Shown one piece after another: positions 25,914-32,000 of a stretch of 32,000 bases of DNA. Every line of letters starts with the position of its first letter. The stretch's first letter is position 1. Position numbers and translations under genes: made by a program. The notes below the pieces were generated by a model. That model had not been told where the DNA came from. It searched no databases and was given only the letters and a program-made list of their open reading frames with translations. This DNA comes from Candidatus Electronema halotolerans (GTDB lineage: Bacteria; Desulfobacterota; Desulfobulbia; Desulfobulbales; Desulfobulbaceae): positions 2,010,001-2,042,000 of the forward strand of contig OW818675.1 of NCBI GenBank assembly GCA_942493095.1. Direction: 5' to 3'.

Positions 25914-28322
25914 TCAGACTTTTTCAATAACCACAGTCCACCGCTCACCGATCTTTTCCTGATGCAGGATGCGATGCCCCTCCTGCCGCACTGAGCCGGG
26001 CACATTTTCAATTGGCTCGCCGTCATCCAAAATGATTTCCAGCGTTTCCCCCGGATTCATGCAGGCCAGCATGACCTTGGTGCGGGCAAAATTGAGCGGA
26101 CATTTGACCCCAGTTAAATCTTTGAACCGGTCGGCTTTTCTTCGGTTTTCAGCGGCGACCGCCTGAGCTGCCGCTGCCTGCTTGGCCACAGCCAGATTTT
26201 CTGTCTCGCCCGGAAAGCGCATCGTGCTGTCCATGCGCTGATACAGTGCTGTGATCTCCCGGCCCAAGGCGGCTGCCTCGGCGGCATGTTCTTGCAGCTC
26301 TTCAGCATTGCACTTGTTGGCAAGGTCAAGAACCAGCCGGTGTTCAGCATTGACCAAGCCGGTGTCAATAAAATGCTGGGCAAAGAGCTGCCGCGCCTCC
26401 TGCTCATTTTTTGCCTCTTCGCCCCGTGTCACCAAGAGCATCCGGGCGGAACGGAAAACCAGCTCGCGCAGTGCAGCCTCTCCGGCATGACCTGATTCCA
26501 CCTCGCGCAGCAGCTTTTTAATTTCCTTTTCATCCACCTCAATCATGTCATACATGCCTGCCGAACACTCGGCCCGGCCTATGTCCTTGATTGAGAAAAG
26601 CTGGTCCGCGCCATGATCAAAGTAGTAATTCTTATTCTCGGCAAAAGACGGGATGCTGTTGTATTGATCCGCGCAGAGAGCCGCCACTGCCTCCTTGCCG
26701 CCATTGCTCCACCAGTGACTGAAATCCGCCCTCGGAGTCTCCGCTTTAAAGTCAGCATATATTTTCATGACTTCGACGACAAAGCGTGGCAGGTCAAAAG
26801 AATGCACCCAGCCGACTTCCTCGGCTAACTGAAGCTGCCCCTGCCGGAGGCCGCCGTTGCCCAAGACATTATAGGTCGGCACCGCCCGGCCCTGAATATG
26901 GCGCACCCTGCCATAAAAAGCCAAATCGCCGAGCCAGTGATTGGCGCAGGAGTTGGGGCAGCCGCTGATGCGGATCTGCACGTCGTCAGGCAGGGGAAAG
27001 TCCGCTTGGTCAAGCGCGTTGAAAACCGCCTGCGCTGCCGGGCGGGGACGGTTGATGCCGACTTGACAGGTTTGCGCGCCGGTGCAGGGCACCAATTTTC
27101 CGTATAATGGCGGCTTGTCGCTCAGAGTTGCGCAGGCGGTCAGCAGGCTGTGCAGATTGGGCAGAAAGCGTTCTGGAATATTGCGGAGATAAAAATTTTG
27201 ATCCGGGCCGCAGCGCAAGGTGTTGTCGCCAAAGGGCTGAAGCAATTCAGCCAAGCGCAGGCAGTCGTCCGGGCTGAGATCACCGAGGAGCAGCGGCAGA
27301 AAGACAGCACACAATCCTTTTTGCTTTTGAGGCCTTACGTGACGTTCCTGCCAAAGGGCAAAACCGGGTGCAGCTTCGGCGAGCGGCTCCAGTTCAATGG
27401 TGCGGCTCAAGTTGGCGGCATTGTCAATCGGCACGATCTGCAACTCAGGATGCCCCTGCGTCAGCACCCGCGCCAGCTCCTCCTCGTATAACTTGCGGAA
27501 AGCAGCTTCGCCCATGTCGTCATGGATAAGGAATTTAATCCGGTTGCGGTGCTTGTTCTTGCGGTTGCCGTGCGTATGAAAAATATTTTTGATCGCCCGA
27601 ACTGCATGATACACCTGTTCTTCCGGGAGAAAGTCTTGAATCAGGATTGCGGCTTTCGGCTTGGCTCCCAGTCCGCCGCCTGCATAAACCTGATAGCCCC
27701 GCCTGCCTTGCCCATCCAAGCAGGCGATGAACCCAATATCCTGAGCCAGCACAAAGGCAGTGTCCTCAGTTTTGGAGGTGAAAGCAGTCTTGATTTTGCG
27801 CGGCAGCTCCCAGCTATCCGGCTCGGCAGCCATGCGGCTGGTCAGGGCCACGGCGCAGGGCTGGACATCAAAGACCTCCTGCGGACTGATGCCGGAATCC
27901 GGGTTGGCGACAATGTTGCGGATGGTGTTGCCGCCGCCGCCAAGACAGGACAGCCCAGCCTCGCGCAGCAGGCGCAGCACTATGACAAGATGTTCCTCTT
28001 GGATGCCGTGGAGCTGAATTTCCGCTCTGGTGGTGACATGCACCCGCGCCTCGCCGTATTTCCGGGCCAGCTCACCTGTCGCTGCAAGCTGCTGCGGGCT
28101 GAGAATGCCGCCTGCGCAGCGGATGCGGAACATGTAGGTGGTGTAATTCCGCTCCAAATAAACACCCATTTTCACCCGCTTGGCCGTGAAGGCGGTCTCA
28201 TGGAGCCGACCGGCGCGAAAATCAGCCAAGTTCTGCTCAAAGCGGCGGATATCCGCTTCCAGCGAGGACGGAATGTCATAGTGCAGCATCTTCTCCTCCT
28301 TTTTTGAAAAAAACATCGTCAA
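25914..28322 (-). CDS. siroheme/4Fe-4S sulfite/nitrite reductase-like protein fused to a C-terminal TusA/SirA-like domain
   Basis: 802 aa; GGNTIRNIVANP, CTGAQTCQVG...ISGCPNSCANH (siroheme/4Fe-4S cysteines); C-terminal FKDLTGVKCPLNFARTKVMLACMNPGETLEIILDDGEPIENVPGSVRQEGH (TusA-like CP motif). Confidence 0.9.
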   Translation of the reverse strand: MTMFFSKKEEKMLHYDIPSSLEADIRRFEQNLADFRAGRLHETAFTAKRVKMGVYLERNYTTYMFRIRCAGGILSPQQLAATGELARKYGEARVHVTTRAEIQLHGIQEEHLVIVLRLLREAGLSCLGGGGNTIRNIVANPDSGISPQEVFDVQPCAVALTSRMAAEPDSWELPRKIKTAFTSKTEDTAFVLAQDIGFIACLDGQGRRGYQVYAGGGLGAKPKAAILIQDFLPEEQVYHAVRAIKNIFHTHGNRKNKHRNRIKFLIHDDMGEAAFRKLYEEELARVLTQGHPELQIVPIDNAANLSRTIELEPLAEAAPGFALWQERHVRPQKQKGLCAVFLPLLLGDLSPDDCLRLAELLQPFGDNTLRCGPDQNFYLRNIPERFLPNLHSLLTACATLSDKPPLYGKLVPCTGAQTCQVGINRPRPAAQAVFNALDQADFPLPDDVQIRISGCPNSCANHWLGDLAFYGRVRHIQGRAVPTYNVLGNGGLRQGQLQLAEEVGWVHSFDLPRFVVEVMKIYADFKAETPRADFSHWWSNGGKEAVAALCADQYNSIPSFAENKNYYFDHGADQLFSIKDIGRAECSAGMYDMIEVDEKEIKKLLREVESGHAGEAALRELVFRSARMLLVTRGEEAKNEQEARQLFAQHFIDTGLVNAEHRLVLDLANKCNAEELQEHAAEAAALGREITALYQRMDSTMRFPGETENLAVAKQAAAAQAVAAENRRKADRFKDLTGVKCPLNFARTKVMLACMNPGETLEIILDDGEPIENVPGSVRQEGHRILHQEKIGERWTVVIEKV

Positions 28323-28343
28323 GCACAGGCCGCATCTCAGCTA

Positions 28344-28355
28344 TTATAGCAAAAG
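28344..28355 (-). promoter_or_regulatory. candidate extended -10 element TTTTGCTATAAT upstream of the reductase gene
   Basis: Identical 12-mer to 23877-23888, about 22 nt upstream of the annotated start at 28322. Confidence 0.45.
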
Positions 28356-28532
28356 AACCGTCTGTTCATGGCACAAAACTTGCGCAGAGGAAAATAAGCA
28401 GTTTGCGCAGATGCCGCTTGAATTTTATTTTTTTTTCGGATAATTCTTTCTGCTTTCACCCGGACAGTGCCGGGCCGCTGCTGCTGTCAGGAGCAGCTCC
28501 CATTCCTTCATCCATCATGCGAGGCATCTTTC

Positions 28533-29270
28533 ATGGAAACTCCGCAAGTTGATCTTCAGAAAGCGGAAACTCCGCAGACTGAACATCAGACCGCTGCCGA
28601 AGAAAATCAAGCCAAGGGCAAGCTGCCGCAGGCGCAGAGCAAACGCAAATCGGTTGCCCGCGAATACATTGAGGCGGTCATCATCGCCGTGCTGCTTGCC
28701 GCGTTCATCCGCACCTTCATTGTTCAGGCCTTCAAGATTCCTTCCGGCTCCATGCTGGAAACCCTCCAGATCGGCGACCATGTCTTAGTGAACAAATTCA
28801 TTTACGGAATCAAAATGCCCTTCACCAGCAAGGTCCTGATTCCGATCAAAGAGCCGCAGCGCGGGGACATCATTGTCTTCAAGTTTCCGCAGGATCCTTC
28901 GGTGGATTACATCAAACGGGTGGTCGCGGTTGGCGGCGACACGATTGAGATCAAGAATAAAAAGGTCTTTGTCAACGGCGAGCTGCAGAATAATAATCAT
29001 GCCCAGTTCACAGACCCGGAAATCAGACCTGCCATTGAAGGGCCAAGGGATAATTACGGCCCGCTGAAAGTGCCACCGGGCAATCTCTTTGTCATGGGCG
29101 ACAACCGGGACAACTCGTTTGACAGCCGCTTCTGGGGCTTTGTCGGTCTGGACGCGGTGCGCGGCAAGGCCTTTATTCTCTACTGGTCGTGGGATGTGCG
29201 GGACAGCCTGTTTTCCATCGACCGCTTCACCTCCATCCGCTGGAGCAGAATCGGCCATCTGGTTGAGTGA
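28533..29270 (+). CDS. lepB: signal peptidase I
   Basis: IPSGSMLETLQIGDHVLVNKF (Ser box), RGDIIVFKFPQDPSVDYIKRVVAVGGDTIE (Lys box), FVMGDNRDNSFDSRFWGFV. Start METPQVDL preferred. Confidence 0.95.
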   Translation: METPQVDLQKAETPQTEHQTAAEENQAKGKLPQAQSKRKSVAREYIEAVIIAVLLAAFIRTFIVQAFKIPSGSMLETLQIGDHVLVNKFIYGIKMPFTSKVLIPIKEPQRGDIIVFKFPQDPSVDYIKRVVAVGGDTIEIKNKKVFVNGELQNNNHAQFTDPEIRPAIEGPRDNYGPLKVPPGNLFVMGDNRDNSFDSRFWGFVGLDAVRGKAFILYWSWDVRDSLFSIDRFTSIRWSRIGHLVE

Positions 29271-29283
29271 AGGCGAAGGATAA

Positions 29284-30873
29284 TCACGCAGACTTGCCCT
29301 GCTCCAGCTTCTGCCCGGCCAGCCAGATCAGCCATAAAACCGGCAGCCCCATCAATGTGGTGGCTAAGAAGAACCACTGATAGCCCCAAGCTGTGACCAT
29401 AGTCCCGGAGTAGCCGCCGAGCAGCTTGGGCAGCAGGGTCATCAGCGAGCTGAAGATGGCATACTGCATGGCCGTGAAGGAGATATTGGTCAGTCCGGCG
29501 AGAAAGGCGACAAAGGCGGTGGTGGCAATGCCTGCGCTCAAGTTGTCAGCAGCAATCACCACACAGAGCAGCGGCACATTGTTGCCAACTGAGGCCAAGA
29601 GCATGAAGAGCAGGTTGGTCAGGCTGGAGAGCAGCGCGCCGAGAAAAAGGATGCGCATGACACCGTAGCGTATAGTCAGGGTGCCGCCGAGAAAGCCACC
29701 CAGCAGGGTCATGAACAGGCCGAATGTCTTGATGACGCTGGCAATCACTTCCTTGGAAAAGCCGAGGTCCTGATAGAAAACATTGGCTATCACGCCGAGA
29801 ACAATATCTGATATCCGGTAGAAGCCAATCAAGGTCAGGAGCAGGAGGGCGGTGTGCAGGCCGTAGCGGTCGAAAAAATCAAGGACCGGGTTGATATAGG
29901 TCTGGCTGACCATGCTGCCGTCTGCCAGATTCGCCCGCATGAGGAAGAAAGCGGCCAGTAGGGCGGCAAACACGGAAAGCAGCAGCCGCACCGTTTCAGC
30001 GACAAAGGTGGAAAAGGGCATGAGATGCTCCTGAATGGCGGTGTTGAATAATCCATTGAACAAGCCATTCAGCAATGTCACCACGCCGCCGCTCAACCAG
30101 AAAACTGCGATAAAGACTCCCACTGTGCAGAAAAAGAGCAGGAGGAAGCGCAGATAATACGCTGCTGGGTAGTCAGTGATTCGCTTGTTCACTTCCGGTT
30201 CCGGGATCAGCAGCGTGGTGATCACCCCTGCCAGCATGACAGCGGCCATGCACAGATAACTGCCCCGCCAGGCCGCATAATGATACGCCTCGCTGCTGGT
30301 GCCGAACCATGAGGCCAAATAGAGAGCGCCCGCTCCGGCGACCAGCATTCCCACCCGGTAGCCGGCAATGTAGGCTGAAGAGAGCAGGGCTTGCAGCTCC
30401 TGGGCCGCGCATTCAATCCGATAGGCATCAATAACAATATCCTGGGTGGCTGCGGAGAAGCCGAGCAGCACGGCGGCCAAGGCCATGCAGGTCAGGCTTT
30501 GCTCTCCAGCCGTCGGGTCAGTCAGAGCCATCAGGCAGATGGCGGCAATCACCGCGCTCTGGGCGACAAGGAGCCAGCTCCGCCGCCTGCCCAGCTTGGC
30601 AGTCAGAAACGGCAGGGGCAGGGTGTCAATCACCGGTGCCCAGACAAATTTGAAGGAATAGCCCAAGGCGGCCCAGCTAAAAAATGTGACCGTGGAGCGG
30701 GCCACGCCTGCCTCGCGCAGCCAGAGTGAGAGCGTGGAAAAAATCAGCAGCAGGGGCAGCCCAGCGGAGAAGCCGAAAAAAAGCATGGTCAGCACTCTGG
30801 GGTGCAGCCATGCCTGCATAGTTTCGCTCCAGTTTTTTTCTCTTGCCTGCTGCGCTTTCGTATGGTTGTTCAT
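29284..30873 (-). CDS. ampG: AmpG-like muropeptide MFS transporter
   Basis: 529 aa multi-TM; FFGFSAGLPLLLIFSTLSLWLREAGV, FSWAALGYSFKFVWAPVIDTLPLPFLTAKLGRRRSWLL, GFSAATQDIVIDAYRIE. Confidence 0.9.
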   Translation of the reverse strand: MNNHTKAQQAREKNWSETMQAWLHPRVLTMLFFGFSAGLPLLLIFSTLSLWLREAGVARSTVTFFSWAALGYSFKFVWAPVIDTLPLPFLTAKLGRRRSWLLVAQSAVIAAICLMALTDPTAGEQSLTCMALAAVLLGFSAATQDIVIDAYRIECAAQELQALLSSAYIAGYRVGMLVAGAGALYLASWFGTSSEAYHYAAWRGSYLCMAAVMLAGVITTLLIPEPEVNKRITDYPAAYYLRFLLLFFCTVGVFIAVFWLSGGVVTLLNGLFNGLFNTAIQEHLMPFSTFVAETVRLLLSVFAALLAAFFLMRANLADGSMVSQTYINPVLDFFDRYGLHTALLLLTLIGFYRISDIVLGVIANVFYQDLGFSKEVIASVIKTFGLFMTLLGGFLGGTLTIRYGVMRILFLGALLSSLTNLLFMLLASVGNNVPLLCVVIAADNLSAGIATTAFVAFLAGLTNISFTAMQYAIFSSLMTLLPKLLGGYSGTMVTAWGYQWFFLATTLMGLPVLWLIWLAGQKLEQGKSA

Positions 30874-30941
30874 TGTTGATGACTGTGTTATATGTGGGGG
30901 ACAACTGTTCGTATGATTTTTTTATCTTCTTTGGCCCCTGA

Positions 30942-32000
30942 ATGATGAAGAATATCCGTATCTATAACACGCTGACCAAAAAAAAGGAACTGCTGAAACC
31001 GCTGGAGGAGAATCATGTCCGCCTTTATGTCTGCGGCATCACCTCCTACGACTGGTGCCATATTGGCCATGCCCGCTCGGCCTTGGTCTTTGATATGGCG
31101 GTGCGCTATCTGCGCTGGCGCGGCTATGAAGTGACTTTTGCCCGCAACTTCACTGACATTGACGACAAGATCATCGTCCGGGCCAAAGAGCAGGGCCTTG
31201 AGCCGCAGGCTTTGGCCGAACGCTTTATTGACGAATTTTACACCGACATGGACGCGCTCGGCGTGCTGCGGGCCGACATTGAACCCAAGGCCACTGAGCA
31301 TATTCCAGAAATGATCGAGCTGGTGCAGCAGCTTGTTGACCAAGGCTTGGCGTATCCAGCAGGCGGCGATGTCTATTACCGGGTCCGGGCCTTTGCTGAC
31401 TATGGCTGTCTTTCCGGGCGCAAGTTCGAGGACATGCAGGCTGGAGCGCGGGTTGATGTCAACGAGCAGAAAGAAGACCCGATGGACTTTGTCCTCTGGA
31501 AGGGTGCCAAGCCGGGTGAGCCGAAATGGCCCAGTCCTTGGGGCGAAGGCAGGCCGGGCTGGCATATTGAATGCTCGGCCATGAGCCGCAAATATCTGGG
31601 CGCGACCTTTGACATTCACGGCGGCGGGCAGGATTTGATCTTCCCGCATCACGAGAATGAAATTGCCCAGTCCGTGGGCGCAAACGGCCAGCCCTTTGCT
31701 GCGCTCTGGATGCACCACGGTTTTGTCACGGTCAAGGAAGAGAAGATGTCCAAATCGCTGGGCAACTTCCTCACCATCCGCGAGGTGCTCAAGCACTGGC
31801 CTGCTGAGGTGCTGCGCCTTTTCCTCTTCTCCACCCAGTACCGCAATCCACTCGATTACAACGACACTGCCCTGCATGATGCGGCAACCGGACTGGAGCG
31901 GATGTATGCCTGCTTGGCGAAAATTGCCGAATTGCCTGAGTCCTCCAGCGGCACGGCTCCACCTTTGCTGAATCCAAAAGACAAGAAGGCGATCAGCACC
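30942..32000 (+). CDS. cysS: cysteinyl-tRNA synthetase, 5' partial (runs off window end)
   Basis: Not in the ORF track because it is open at the window end. Own translation: [57 protein letters not shown]...[34 protein letters not shown]...[14 protein letters not shown]. Confidence 0.95.
   Translation, partial: MMKNIRIYNTLTKKKELLKPLEENHVRLYVCGITSYDWCHIGHARSALVFDMAVRYLRWRGYEVTFARNFTDIDDKIIVRAKEQGLEPQALAERFIDEFYTDMDALGVLRADIEPKATEHIPEMIELVQQLVDQGLAYPAGGDVYYRVRAFADYGCLSGRKFEDMQAGARVDVNEQKEDPMDFVLWKGAKPGEPKWPSPWGEGRPGWHIECSAMSRKYLGATFDIHGGGQDLIFPHHENEIAQSVGANGQPFAALWMHHGFVTVKEEKMSKSLGNFLTIREVLKHWPAEVLRLFLFSTQYRNPLDYNDTALHDAATGLERMYACLAKIAELPESSSGTAPPLLNPKDKKAIST

Noticed and set aside
24642-25994. 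450-aa plus-strand ORF
   Set aside because: Antisense shadow of the BaiN/HI0933-like flavoprotein gene.
30888-31877. 329-aa minus-strand ORF
   Set aside because: Antisense to cysS, which has clear HIGH/KMSKS motifs on the plus strand.

Overview
The window looks like a GC-rich, probably deltaproteobacterial (Desulfobulbales-like, inferred from gene content only) chromosome segment. Three parts stand out. (1) A minus-strand Pil/Chp-type chemosensory cluster spans about 0.5-18.2 kb. It encodes a REC-DUF4388-TPR-REC protein, a CheY/PilG-like regulator, a CheW, a 1595-aa CheA/PilL-like hybrid kinase with five Hpt modules and a C-terminal receiver, a second CheW, a CheW-adjacent unknown protein, a PilJ-like MCP, an orphan ABC-type substrate-binding protein and a two-CW protein. 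(2) An AT-rich accessory island (about 6.2-10.5 kb) splits that cluster. It holds a Type II restriction endonuclease and an N6-adenine-type methyltransferase, followed by an Rpn/PD-(D/E)XK-like ORF that is disrupted by a complete IS5-family element (1305 bp, matching ends, TTAA target duplication). (3) A mostly housekeeping right half contains trpS, a CCA-adding/polyA polymerase-like gene, a Na+/Ca2+ antiporter, a DUF1566 protein, a highly acidic secreted protein, a BaiN/HI0933-like flavoprotein, a siroheme sulfite/nitrite reductase fused to a TusA-like domain, lepB, ampG and the 5' part of cysS. The most unusual items are the tandem-duplicated Hpt array in the CheA-like gene, the R-M operon placed 3 nt after the cheA stop with its Shine-Dalgarno in cheA's last codons, the IS-split nuclease-like gene, the reductase-TusA fusion and the acidic secreted protein. 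I did not find a clearly new defence system. No CRISPR array, rRNA or tRNA was recognised.
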